Notes: a model not told the origin generated them from the sequence alone. Counted from the stretch's first letter, positions 1-9,750 are shown. The stretch is 64,000 nt of DNA from an uncultured SAR86 cluster bacterium (GCA_902605165.1 CACLBJ010000002.1:167320-231319); one strand, 5' to 3'. Program-made: numbers and translations.

Positions 1-862
1 TTTCTAGACTCATCTTTCGATTTTTTGGAAAAACAATTGCATCTAAAAAACTCCAGGTGCCATCCTGGCCATAAAAGAAAGTACCCTTACAATTTTTACA
101 CCCATCAAGATGAGAGACATACCAATCATTATTAAGCTGAGAGTAAATACCAAGGTCTTTCTCCTCTTGAGAAGTGATATTAAAATCTCCTAAAGCAATC
201 CACTTATCATTGTGAGAATTAACAATTGCATAAAGATTATTTAGTGCATCAATTCTTGAATTAGCAGAATTATAAGGAGCAGGGAAATGGACAACATAAA
301 CTCTTATAATTTCTTTATCCAGACCAAGTTTGACCTCAAAAATTGGTCTCGAGCTTGTTACCTCAACAGAATCCGAGAATCTAATTTTAAAATTTCTTGC
401 ACCGTAAATCGGATACTTTGAAATAATAGCATTATCAATTCCTCTATAATCTTCGCCCTCTATTAAAGCAAAATCTGTATATCCAAGAGCTTCTATATTA
501 TTAAATAGCATTCGAAGAACATTTAAGTTTTCAATTTCTTGTATTGCAATTATATCTGGTTGAGATTCGCCCATAGAAATCAGTAGATCTGAAATATTGG
601 AAATCTTTTTTTGCACCACTTCTTCACTCCAATCTAAGAATAAACATTCATTTCTCCACTTAGAATTCTTAACTTGTAAGCATCCCATAATATGATCATC
701 ATTATTTTTGAGTTCAATAGGCAGATAAGCTTTATCATCTTTACCAACATCATCTTGAGCATCAAATAAATTATTTAAATTGTAGGACATTATGGAAATC
801 TGCTCAGCTGAAACAGAATATGAGAAAAATAGAGCCAGAAATAAAAAAACTCTAATACTCAT
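1..862 (-). CDS. Secreted endonuclease/exonuclease/phosphatase (EEP) family protein, 3' end outside window
   Basis: Absent from ORF track. Manual translation from ATG at 862 gives MSIRVFLFLALFFSYSVSA-EQISIMSYNLNNLFD...PDIIAIQEIEN...RGID...VHFP...LGDFN...WSFLD: signal peptide plus EEP motifs, open to window edge. Confidence 0.85.
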   Translation of the reverse strand, partial: MSIRVFLFLALFFSYSVSAEQISIMSYNLNNLFDAQDDVGKDDKAYLPIELKNNDDHIMGCLQVKNSKWRNECLFLDWSEEVVQKKISNISDLLISMGESQPDIIAIQEIENLNVLRMLFNNIEALGYTDFALIEGEDYRGIDNAIISKYPIYGARNFKIRFSDSVEVTSSRPIFEVKLGLDKEIIRVYVVHFPAPYNSANSRIDALNNLYAIVNSHNDKWIALGDFNITSQEEKDLGIYSQLNNDWYVSHLDGCKNCKGTFFYGQDGTWSFLDAIVFPKNRKMSLE

Positions 863-863
863 T

Positions 864-1631
864 CTAAATAATTCCTGGAATGACTGCCTTTCTACCTTGG
901 GGATAGTTCTCGATGTTTTCATTACACCACTTATGATTTGAAACTCCTCTTGGAATGAGGTTTGCAGATGTCCAAATAAAGAACGCCAATCCAGAAGGAC
1001 TTAAACTAGATATTGTCCACCCTAGCCACTCTAGCATCTCTCCAAAATAGTTAGGAGCTGATATCTTTTCATATAGGAATCCTTTTGGAATATGATAACC
1101 AGGGCCTTTTGCTTTTCTTAAATTAATAAGCATGTAGTCAGATCTAACGTTTATATAGAATCCACTAACAAAGATTAGTATACCTAGAATAAATGGAAAA
1201 CTTGTAAGCCAACTGTTTTCATAATTTGCTATAAAAAGAATCCAAGTGCACTGAAAAAGAACATTAAAGATATTAAAAACAAACGCTAGGAAAGCCACAA
1301 AAACAGGCATCTTTTTACCATCCATTTCTGCAATAAAAGGCCAGATCAAGGTCCTATGGAAATAATGAAAAATGTAAATTAATACAAAAATTAAGGATAC
1401 TGAGCTTAGGTTTTCCCTAAAAAATATACACAAACCACCTGTAAGGAATACTGAAGGTGACTCCATGACTATCCAACCCCATCTTGCATCCATTGAAGGA
1501 CCCCATTTAGTGCTAGCATGACGACCATACGGTGCAGTAACAAAAAAAAGATAGAAAAAAGTAATTATTGCTATGGCAATCCAAATACTTAAAAGCAGAT
1601 AAAAGTTACTAGTAAATAAATCAAATACCAT
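864..1631 (-). CDS. 3-oxo-5-alpha-steroid 4-dehydrogenase (SRD5A/DET2-like) membrane reductase
   Basis: APYGRH, WIVMESP (Glu), HYFHR (Tyr), YHIPKG..YE.IS.PNYFGEMLEW and NLIPR motifs; about 7 TM helices. Confidence 0.88.
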   Translation of the reverse strand: MVFDLFTSNFYLLLSIWIAIAIITFFYLFFVTAPYGRHASTKWGPSMDARWGWIVMESPSVFLTGGLCIFFRENLSSVSLIFVLIYIFHYFHRTLIWPFIAEMDGKKMPVFVAFLAFVFNIFNVLFQCTWILFIANYENSWLTSFPFILGILIFVSGFYINVRSDYMLINLRKAKGPGYHIPKGFLYEKISAPNYFGEMLEWLGWTISSLSPSGLAFFIWTSANLIPRGVSNHKWCNENIENYPQGRKAVIPGII

Positions 1632-1852
1632 TACAACTCCTCTGGTACTGGATCATATCCACACCCTCCACCTGGTCTGCACTTTATGATTCTTTTAAAA
1701 CCTAAAATGATTCCATTAAAAGCACCAAATCTCTGTATGGCCTCTTTAGTGTAGGTTGAACATGTTGGTTGGAACCTACAATTGCTTCCAAGCATTGGCG
1801 AAAAAAACTTTTGATAAATTGTAATTAATGCAATAAAAAATTTGCCAATCAT
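1631..1852 (-). CDS. yidD: Membrane protein insertion efficiency factor YidD
   Basis: YQKFFSP..CRFQPTCSTY..AI..G...G..RI.KC.P.G..GYDPVP; likely start MIGKFF at 1852, next to the thrS stop. Confidence 0.92.
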   Translation of the reverse strand: MIGKFFIALITIYQKFFSPMLGSNCRFQPTCSTYTKEAIQRFGAFNGIILGFKRIIKCRPGGGCGYDPVPEEL

Positions 1853-1853
1853 T

Positions 1854-3788
1854 TTATTTATTTGGAGCAAGTGATTCCTGCAATATCGAAGAAGTAAAAT
1901 CTTCAAGAGATACTACAGAAGTATCATCGCTACCAAGCCTTCTAATAGATACAGTTCTGTCTGAAACCTCTTTTTTCCCGACAACAATAATTATTGGAAC
2001 TTTTGAAACGCTATGTTCTCTAACTTTATAACTGATTTTTTCATTTCTTAAATCAGAATTACAGCGAATATTTTTACTTCTCAATAATTCTGATATTTCT
2101 TTTACATAATGATCAGCTTCATCTGTAATTGAACAAATAGTCACTTGAGTAGGTGCAAGCCATAAAGGAAGATTCCCACTGTAGTTCTCAATTAAAATAC
2201 CTATGAATCTTTCAAAAGACCCAAGAATAGCTCTATGGAACATGACTGGGTTATATTTATTCCCATCTTCTGCAACGTATTGAGCGTCTAGACGATCAGC
2301 AAGATTGAAGTCTAATTGAAGGGTACCACACTGCCATTTTCTTCCAATGGCATCTGTAAGAACAAAATCTAATTTCGGACCATAAAATGCACCATCTCCC
2401 TCATCTATCCTGAACTCCAATCCAAGTTTCTCGATTGCATTTTTTAGGGACAATTCAGCTTTGTCCCAAATCTCATCAGATCCAACCCTTTGTTCTGGGC
2501 GTGTTGATAACTTAATTTCGAATTCATTAAACCCAAGGTCAGCATAGACCTTAGATAATAAATCTATAAAGGTCGCAGTTTCTGATTCAATTTGATCTTC
2601 TGTAAGAAAAATATGTCCATCATCTTGTGTAAAACCTCTTACTCTCATTAAGCCATGCATAGTTCCTGATGCTTCATATCGATGACATGTTCCAAATTCA
2701 CATAGTCTAAATGGAAGTTCTTTATATGATCTTATGCCTTGGTTATAAACCTGAACATGTCCAGGACAATTCATAGGCTTCAAAGCATTAACCCTTTTCT
2801 CATTCGCATGCTCTTCATCAATCTCAGTAATAAACATGTTTTCTCTATACTTATCCCAATGTCCTGATTTTTCCCAAAGCTTCCTATCTATCACTGATGG
2901 AGTATTAATTTCTTTATAATCAGCTTTCTTTTGCATATCTGACATATAAGATTTTAAAGCTGAATAAATAGTCCAACCTTTTGGATGCCAAAAGACCATG
3001 CCTGGGGCTTCATCTTGGAAATGGAAAAGATCCATATCTTTTCCAATCTTTCTGTGATCTCTTTTTTCAGCTTCCTCAATAGATTTTAGGTGTTCTTGAA
3101 GCTCTTTTTCATTTCTCCATGCTGTGCCATAAATTCTTGTAAGCATTTCATTTGAAGAATCTCCTTTCCAATATGCTCCAGATACTTTAGTAAGTTTAAA
3201 TGCTCCAATAAAAGAGAGGTTTGGTAAATGAGGTCCTCTACATAAATCAATAAAATCTTCATCATCATTTGTATAAATCTGAAAATTATCAGTCTGTTCT
3301 GCTTCATCTATAATTTCTATCTTTAAATTCTCTCCTTTGTCTTTAAACATTTTTTTTGCATCTTTTTCTGAGTGAAGTGATTTAACAATATTAGACTTAT
3401 TTTCTAATATTCTTTTCATTTCATTTTCTATTTTTGGAAGATCCTCAACCGATATAGGTGTTTCAGTAGAAACATCATAGTAGAACCCATTTTCGATAGT
3501 AGGCCCTATAGCCAACCTGGAATCTGAATATAAGTTCTTTATAGCCTTTGCAAGAACTTGGGCTGTTAATGTATGTCTCATTATCTCTAAACCTTCGTCA
3601 GATTGGATAGTAATGATAGAGACTGAGGAGTTTTCAGGAAGTTCGTCTAGGAGATCTCTCTGCTCACCATTGACGTTAACTGCAACAGCACTCTTAGCAA
3701 GTCCTGCGCCAATTGATTTAGCAAGATCTAAGCCATTTGAGCCTTTATCAAGCTGCTTTGCTGATCCATCCGGTAAATTAATTTCCAT
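1854..3788 (-). CDS. thrS: Threonyl-tRNA synthetase
   Basis: TGS domain, DLCRGPH, RDHRKIG, KPMNCPGH, GLMRVRGFTQDD, GAFYGPKLD, HRAILGSFERF. Confidence 0.98.
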   Translation of the reverse strand: MEINLPDGSAKQLDKGSNGLDLAKSIGAGLAKSAVAVNVNGEQRDLLDELPENSSVSIITIQSDEGLEIMRHTLTAQVLAKAIKNLYSDSRLAIGPTIENGFYYDVSTETPISVEDLPKIENEMKRILENKSNIVKSLHSEKDAKKMFKDKGENLKIEIIDEAEQTDNFQIYTNDDEDFIDLCRGPHLPNLSFIGAFKLTKVSGAYWKGDSSNEMLTRIYGTAWRNEKELQEHLKSIEEAEKRDHRKIGKDMDLFHFQDEAPGMVFWHPKGWTIYSALKSYMSDMQKKADYKEINTPSVIDRKLWEKSGHWDKYRENMFITEIDEEHANEKRVNALKPMNCPGHVQVYNQGIRSYKELPFRLCEFGTCHRYEASGTMHGLMRVRGFTQDDGHIFLTEDQIESETATFIDLLSKVYADLGFNEFEIKLSTRPEQRVGSDEIWDKAELSLKNAIEKLGLEFRIDEGDGAFYGPKLDFVLTDAIGRKWQCGTLQLDFNLADRLDAQYVAEDGNKYNPVMFHRAILGSFERFIGILIENYSGNLPLWLAPTQVTICSITDEADHYVKEISELLRSKNIRCNSDLRNEKISYKVREHSVSKVPIIIVVGKKEVSDRTVSIRRLGSDDTSVVSLEDFTSSILQESLAPNK

Positions 3789-3823
3789 AAAAATATCTAA
3801 TTTTTTACACTATTTTAATAGTA

Positions 3824-4771
3824 TTATTCAATTAATCCATCAATATCGTATTTTGATAAAAAATTCCAAATAGTCGCTGATGCTTGAAGATCATGATTAT
3901 TTAGATTTGGCCAGTTGTGACCCATATTAGTCAACAAATAGAGTTCCACATTGGTTAGGTTATCGCAGCCTGAATATACATCATGAATTCCTCCGCCATT
4001 ACTTCCAGAGATTTCAGATGTATCGGGTTCTATAGTGCAATTATTTTCATTGACCCAATAATCCATAACCTCTTCAATAGGCTTACTAAATCCATTTCCA
4101 GCATAATTAACAACGGAATCTTGCAAACCATGAATTTGTGCAACTGAAGTTGGATGAGATGGGTTACATTCATCTGTAGTTTCGTTGGTCATAGATCCAG
4201 TAACCGATACGACTGCTGCAATCCTTGGACTCAAATCACACGCAAGCTTATAGCTCATATACCCTCCATTAGACATTCCGGTTGAGTATATTCTCTTTGA
4301 ATCTATTGAATATTCATCATTCAAAAAATTTATAACTGAATTAATGAACCCGACATCATCTGTTGTGCTGCTCGTTGTCCATCCGCCAACATTCCAATGC
4401 GTCTGTCCAGTGGCCGGCAAAAGAGTTCCTTGAGGATATATGACTATTAGCCCTGCATCGTCAGCAATAGATTGAAATCCACTATAGTTCATGATCCACA
4501 GCCCTCTGCTTGTATAGCCATGCAAAACAAAGAGCACCGGTGCATTGTTCTGGTATCCACTCCCCTCATATATAAAAAACTGTCGGGCAATATTGTCATG
4601 CACAATTGTGCAATTTAGAGTTGAACCATTTCCGTTATTTGATTGATAATTTGAGCAAGGTTCTCCAGAGCTATTATCCTGACCGGGGTCAATTGCAATA
4701 TCGGAAGTAGATGAACCCCCTCCACATGTTGAGATAACTAGAAGGATTCCTAGTAAACTAATTAGCCTCAT
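3824..4771 (-). CDS. Probable lipoprotein, PHB-depolymerase/LpqC-type alpha/beta esterase
   Basis: N-terminal ...VISTCGGG; VLHGY, YPQG, GMSNGG nucleophile, HGLQD, GHNWP. Confidence 0.8.
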   Translation of the reverse strand: MRLISLLGILLVISTCGGGSSTSDIAIDPGQDNSSGEPCSNYQSNNGNGSTLNCTIVHDNIARQFFIYEGSGYQNNAPVLFVLHGYTSRGLWIMNYSGFQSIADDAGLIVIYPQGTLLPATGQTHWNVGGWTTSSTTDDVGFINSVINFLNDEYSIDSKRIYSTGMSNGGYMSYKLACDLSPRIAAVVSVTGSMTNETTDECNPSHPTSVAQIHGLQDSVVNYAGNGFSKPIEEVMDYWVNENNCTIEPDTSEISGSNGGGIHDVYSGCDNLTNVELYLLTNMGHNWPNLNNHDLQASATIWNFLSKYDIDGLIE

Positions 4772-4777
4772 AATTAT

Positions 4778-6049
4778 CTAGTTTATCAGCCCACTAGTAT
4801 CATACAAAGATAAGAATTCCCAAATGAATGTAGCTCCATCTATGTCAGCGCCCCCGCCTTTATCTGAATCCGATGCTGGCCAAATGTGGTCAAAATTTTC
4901 TAAATATGTGAAATTTATACTTACTCCATCTTGGCAGCTTGTTGAAATCTCTGAGTACCAAGAATATCCATCTCCATTTGAATCTTCTCCGTCAACGACG
5001 ATATTTTCAGAACATGAGTTAAATGAACTCCAATAATTACTTACAAGCTGAAGAGGAGTTACATAATCGCCACCCTGAACTGGAATCGATGTATCATTCA
5101 ATCCATGCATATGAATCACTGGCATAGGTCTTTGGGGGTCGCAAGATTCATAATCTTCTGGAGATAGAGATCCTGAAACTGGAGCAACTGCGGCAACTTT
5201 GTTACTTAAAAAGCATGCTGTTGTGTAGGCCATAAAGGCTCCATTAGAGAAACCTGAGACGTATACACGACTAGGATCAATAGCTAATTCTTCAATCGAA
5301 TAATCAATCAATCTCTCAATAAAAGAGAGATCACAGACTTCTATGTTTGAACAATCTCCACCTGAATACCAGCCAGTACTGCCTTTTCCTGCAGCAACCG
5401 TCCCTTGAGGAAATATGAGGACAAAGTTATTTTCGTCATTTATTTGCGTAAATCCAGTATATTGCATATTTGCATCTGCATAATCATCTCCACCATGAAG
5501 ACTAATTAGAAGTGGATAACTCTGATCTAATGAGTAGCTTTCAGGGAAGACTGCATAAAACTCTCTTTCCAGATTATCCCAATCTATTGTGCAATATGAA
5601 GTAGATTCTGATTGATCGCTACATACGGCAGATGAATTATTACTACCATCGTCACTTTCATCATTTGTAATGTTCACGATGAAATCATAGTTGCTTGAAT
5701 ATAAGCTGCCATCGAATGCTCGAATTACTACTTCATATGAGTTATCAAAATTTGCATCAGATGGATTTTCATAGTCAGGCGAAGATAAAAATAATACTTG
5801 TCCTGAATTATTGATGGTAAAGGAGCTCTGATCTGAACCTCCAGTAATTTGAAAAGTAATACTATCGCCATCAGGATCAGAGGCTTGCAAAACAAATGCT
5901 AAATTTTGATTTTCTAAAACACTAAATGTAAATGTGCTATTAGTAATAGTAGGTGGATTATTTTGAGGAATAGCTTCACTCCCGCCACCTCCACCTCCTC
6001 CGCAACTGGAGATAAAGACTAAAAATAAAAAAAGATTAATATTTTTCAT
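4778..6049 (-). CDS. Lipoprotein with cadherin-like domain and PHB-depolymerase/LpqC-type esterase domain
   Basis: FISSC lipobox plus poly-Gly; cadherin-like motifs (ENQ, ASDPDGD, PDYENPSDAN.DNSYEV); GFSNGA, HGLND, DHIWP. Confidence 0.82.
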   Translation of the reverse strand: MKNINLFLFLVFISSCGGGGGGGSEAIPQNNPPTITNSTFTFSVLENQNLAFVLQASDPDGDSITFQITGGSDQSSFTINNSGQVLFLSSPDYENPSDANFDNSYEVVIRAFDGSLYSSNYDFIVNITNDESDDGSNNSSAVCSDQSESTSYCTIDWDNLEREFYAVFPESYSLDQSYPLLISLHGGDDYADANMQYTGFTQINDENNFVLIFPQGTVAAGKGSTGWYSGGDCSNIEVCDLSFIERLIDYSIEELAIDPSRVYVSGFSNGAFMAYTTACFLSNKVAAVAPVSGSLSPEDYESCDPQRPMPVIHMHGLNDTSIPVQGGDYVTPLQLVSNYWSSFNSCSENIVVDGEDSNGDGYSWYSEISTSCQDGVSINFTYLENFDHIWPASDSDKGGGADIDGATFIWEFLSLYDTSGLIN

Positions 6050-6050
6050 G

Positions 6051-7895
6051 CTATTTTATGGGTAGATAAATAACTGTATTAGTTGAAAGTATCATAATGA
6101 AAACAAGGCAGGTTACAAGTGGACCTAAATAAACTCTACCGGTCATTCTAAAAAATATTCTATTAAAGTAAGGCAAAATGAACATCATTGGGACAATCCC
6201 AAAAAGCAAATTTACGCTTAACCAGTTAGTTGTCCAAAAAACTGTGCCTGTATTGAAATAGACTGAGTACTGAATAATTATTATGAGCATTAAACCTAAT
6301 GAATTTGCGAATCCAGCTATTAGCATAGATAACCATTCGGGTTGGTCTTTAAACCTCATGGCACCATTTACCCTTAGTGAGTTTGAAAAAAAGAATATAA
6401 GAAAAAGCGGAAGATACATTAATAATACAGCAAGCATTTCTGGCTGAAATATTCTTACTCCCATAAACCAAAATCGATAATCAACATGAAAAAGGACATA
6501 GTTAATAAAAAGGAAAGTGTAAAAAGTTGAAAATATAACTAAAGCCAGTGCACAGGTTTTGAAGAAATCTATTTTATTAATATCAAGTCCCCAAGATTTT
6601 GTATCTACTCCATTTCTCTTGCCAAAAAGCTTATAAGATAGGGAGAAAATAATGATTCCAACCAATCCATTAAATGCTGCCCATAACATTACTGAGTTAT
6701 TCATTCTTTGTGGGAAAAACCAAGTCAATTTTCTATTGGCTGCATCCTCAAATAAAATTTTTGCAACCTCAACCATTGGTATAAAAGTTATGCAAGCAAT
6801 AAGAGCGCTTATAAAAAAGATTGACCAAAATATTATTTTTCCTTTGCCATTTGGTGCATTTAAAGCAGCTGGAATCTCTTTTTTAATAGACGAAAAAAAT
6901 CTTAAGTCCAAAAATAATCTTGCGATAGGAATGAGCATAATTAATGCTAATACCATGTTTATAAGAGTAAATATTTCTTTCCAGTGCCAAATTTGATTAT
7001 TTGAATTAATTGGATTTGGTGCACCAAATACTCTCTCAAAATAATCCAGTTGATTTGAGGTTGCTTCAAAGTTGTAAGGTTGGAACGGATGTAAAACTGG
7101 TTCATTAAAAATTACTCTCAAAGAATTTTTTTCTTTTGAGCCATAATATTTTCCTAACTCAACTTCCTTTATTTGTTCTTCTTTTGGAAGAACACTGTTG
7201 ATGGTTCTTAGAGATTCAGGAGCAATTATCATATTGGCAGAGTCCCATGCAGTGAGTTCATTTCTAAAAGCTCCTTCATCATATAAAGCATAGCTAACAC
7301 CCATATTTGATTTTGAGTCTCTTAAAATATTATTTCTTAAAGTGAGCACATAACCGGAAACGTAAACAGAATCTAATTTGCTCTTTGTATTATTTTGAAT
7401 AGCTTGTTTACCAAAAAAATCAGCACCTCGTATTGCCGCATTTCCTCCCATTGAATGACCAGTTGCTCCAATCTTATCAATATCTACAAAATTAAAAGCA
7501 CCATCATGCACATCCTCGACTAAGGCAAACATTCCATAGCCTTGAGTAGTTGCGGCTCTGGTGCTTAGAGATGAGGAAGATAAACCTTGAGCATAAGGAT
7601 CTATTAGGGCAACAACATACCCTCTTCTAGAAAGCTCAATAGCTATATTTGATAATGCCTCTTTTGATCTCTGGAAACCAGGAATAATAGCTATAAATGG
7701 TGCCTTTGATTCCGATTTAGCTGACTTTGGTCTAAATAGGTCATAGATAATATATTGACCATTGTTTGTATCAAGCCTTAAGCTCTTTACCTCAACATTA
7801 CCAAAGCTTGTAAGTATCAAGGAGGCAAAAAAGCTGAAAAATAAAATTGATGAAGCTAAGCCAACTAGTAATCTATTTGTTTTAATAAAATTCAT
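6051..7895 (-). CDS. Alpha/beta hydrolase fused to a polytopic membrane domain
   Basis: N-terminal anchor, PGFQRS, GHSMGG nucleophile elbow, then about 8-9 hydrophobic helices. Confidence 0.75.
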   Translation of the reverse strand: MNFIKTNRLLVGLASSILFFSFFASLILTSFGNVEVKSLRLDTNNGQYIIYDLFRPKSAKSESKAPFIAIIPGFQRSKEALSNIAIELSRRGYVVALIDPYAQGLSSSSLSTRAATTQGYGMFALVEDVHDGAFNFVDIDKIGATGHSMGGNAAIRGADFFGKQAIQNNTKSKLDSVYVSGYVLTLRNNILRDSKSNMGVSYALYDEGAFRNELTAWDSANMIIAPESLRTINSVLPKEEQIKEVELGKYYGSKEKNSLRVIFNEPVLHPFQPYNFEATSNQLDYFERVFGAPNPINSNNQIWHWKEIFTLINMVLALIMLIPIARLFLDLRFFSSIKKEIPAALNAPNGKGKIIFWSIFFISALIACITFIPMVEVAKILFEDAANRKLTWFFPQRMNNSVMLWAAFNGLVGIIIFSLSYKLFGKRNGVDTKSWGLDINKIDFFKTCALALVIFSTFYTFLFINYVLFHVDYRFWFMGVRIFQPEMLAVLLMYLPLFLIFFFSNSLRVNGAMRFKDQPEWLSMLIAGFANSLGLMLIIIIQYSVYFNTGTVFWTTNWLSVNLLFGIVPMMFILPYFNRIFFRMTGRVYLGPLVTCLVFIMILSTNTVIYLPIK

Positions 7896-7990
7896 TTGTT
7901 TTAAATTTGTATTAGTTTTCTAAAGTTTTTTATTCTTGAATTTATAAATTCTCGCTGATAGTCTAGATTTTTAACATTTTTGGAGGAAAT

Positions 7991-8356
7991 ATGGAATCGT
8001 TAATAGTTATGTCACTTGTTTTGGCAATTTTACAAATATGGATTATTCCGATGGTTTTAAATATGAAAAATATGGATTGGCTTCTTTCAAACAGAGAAGA
8101 ATCTGATGTGCCATCAGAAATGCTTGCTAGAGCAAGAAGGGCTTCAACGAATCTTCAAGAAAGTTTGCCAGCTTTTTTAGCATTAGCTCTTTTATCTATG
8201 ATCATAAGCGTAGATGTAACCTCTGCTGCATGTTGGTGGTTAATATTTAGAGTTATTCATGGAGCTACTTATATTATGGGGATAACATATGTTAGAACTC
8301 TTGCTTGGTTTGGATCTATAGGATCATTAATTGCAATGGCCTGTGCGCTAATTTAG
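7991..8356 (+). CDS. MAPEG family membrane protein
   Basis: RARRA..NLQESLPAF...FRVIH...Y..G...VRTL.W pattern; SD GGAGG. Confidence 0.82.
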   Translation: MESLIVMSLVLAILQIWIIPMVLNMKNMDWLLSNREESDVPSEMLARARRASTNLQESLPAFLALALLSMIISVDVTSAACWWLIFRVIHGATYIMGITYVRTLAWFGSIGSLIAMACALI

Positions 8357-8366
8357 AAAAATTGAA

Positions 8367-8400
8367 TTAAAAAGCCGACCTTTGTAGATCGGCTTTTTAA
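8367..8400. terminator. Bidirectional intrinsic terminator
   Basis: TTAAAAAGCCGA-N10-TCGGCTTTTTAA between convergent genes. Confidence 0.8.
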
Positions 8401-8403
8401 AAT

Positions 8404-8898
8404 TTAATCTTCGAAATCTTCCTGAACAGTTTGGTGAGTGCCGCCATATGCAGCTGATGAGAAATGCGAAGTTTTCATAACCCAATTTGAATCTTCCATG
8501 ACCCAAACACTAGTTACTCTTGTTCTGTAGGGTCTCACTCCTCCATTGCCATCAGGAACTACTCCTTCCGCATAATACCTTGCATATACTGAAGAAGAAT
8601 TAAGTTGATGGGCTTCAGAAGCATAAACACCAACCAACCCTGCAACCGCTGGAGTTTGATTTTCCCAGTCCTCCGCAGTTTGATTGTTAAGTGGTTTATG
8701 AAAACTGCCATCAGAGTTAGTACCCAACATTCCACTAGAGCTAGTTAGAGCTACAACAGTATCCCAGTCTCTTGTATTTCTAGCTTCCCAATATGCTTCT
8801 ATATTCTTTAAAACCGTCTTTTCTGCGCTTGAATGACCATCAGAAAAAACTGTAACTGAAAACATTACAGCTAAAGTTAATAATAAATTTTTATTCAT
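8404..8898 (-). CDS. Exported NTF2/SnoaL-like (DUF4440-type) protein
   Basis: Start MNKNLLL with SD AAGGAG; signal peptide; AYWEARN..DWD and RVTSVWV.EDSNWVMKTSHFS NTF2-like ends. Confidence 0.7.
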   Translation of the reverse strand: MNKNLLLTLAVMFSVTVFSDGHSSAEKTVLKNIEAYWEARNTRDWDTVVALTSSSGMLGTNSDGSFHKPLNNQTAEDWENQTPAVAGLVGVYASEAHQLNSSSVYARYYAEGVVPDGNGGVRPYRTRVTSVWVMEDSNWVMKTSHFSSAAYGGTHQTVQEDFED

Positions 8899-8911
8899 AT
8901 TTTCTCCTTTT

Positions 8912-9220
8912 TTATTGGGCCATATTAAATCTTTCTTCGCCGACTCCAGCAGACATCCAGATTTCACTAGCAACTTGGTTAGACAAGTCAGCAAGATCAA
9001 AAAAAGCTTTCATAGCATCTGCAGAGGGATCTACATCAGCTCCCCATGCGCCAGCTTCAGCATCAACAATAATCCCAATTAAATTTGGATTAATCCAGAA
9101 AAATTTAGCATCGTTAACACCATTTGTATTTTTTGCTGCCTTGCAGACAGCAAGAGCAGCAAGACCAAAAGCATTTCTATCAGCATCACTTCTCATTTCA
9201 TTTTTAGTTATGTGTAACAT
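8912..9220 (-). CDS. Hypothetical protein (102 aa)
   Basis: SD GGAG, co-oriented with neighbours, natural composition; no family recognised. Confidence 0.7.
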   Translation of the reverse strand: MLHITKNEMRSDADRNAFGLAALAVCKAAKNTNGVNDAKFFWINPNLIGIIVDAEAGAWGADVDPSADAMKAFFDLADLSNQVASEIWMSAGVGEERFNMAQ

Positions 9221-9249
9221 TAATTATCTCCAAAAAAAACACATATTTA

Positions 9250-9684
9250 TTAAAGCATACACCATCTTCTTTGAGCAACAACTTCTGTATTTTTGTTATA
9301 TTTAGCAACAAAGGCGTTATATTCCTTGTCGGCTAGTGCTCTATCTTCCTCAGATAAAGCATTAATACTTTCCCTCCACTCACTCCATGCACTTACACTA
9401 TCCCAAACAACCATTGTAGATACTCGATGAAGCTTTTCATTTGTTCCATCATCATTTCTTAAATATTGAAGCGCTGGGTAAACTTTTATATTTGCGCCCT
9501 GTTTATCATAGAATTCTTGATGCATTTTGCTTGCTTTCATCATCCCTTCAACACTTCCGCCTGGAATAATCTTAGAAACATAGTAATTTACAACTTTGCC
9601 TTTGCAGTCTGAAAAATCCGTTGACATGCTATGGTCATTGGCAAATGATGATATTGAAAAAATTAATAATAAAAAATATTTCAT
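9250..9684 (-). CDS. Exported hypothetical protein, possible dimeric alpha+beta barrel (NIPSNAP/ABM-like) fold
   Basis: SD AGGAGG; signal peptide ...SSFA; beta-alpha-beta-beta-alpha-beta pattern with VVWDSVSAW. Confidence 0.65.
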   Translation of the reverse strand: MKYFLLLIFSISSFANDHSMSTDFSDCKGKVVNYYVSKIIPGGSVEGMMKASKMHQEFYDKQGANIKVYPALQYLRNDDGTNEKLHRVSTMVVWDSVSAWSEWRESINALSEEDRALADKEYNAFVAKYNKNTEVVAQRRWCML

Positions 9685-9750
9685 AATTTAAAATCCTCCT
9701 ATGAAATAAATATTACTACAGAGCGAAAAAAAATGGGAAGGTGTATTAAA

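Noticed and set aside
5980..6003. GGN-rich repeat suggesting a phase-variable tract
   Set aside because: Mixed Gly codons encode an ordinary post-lipobox linker, not a pure repeat.
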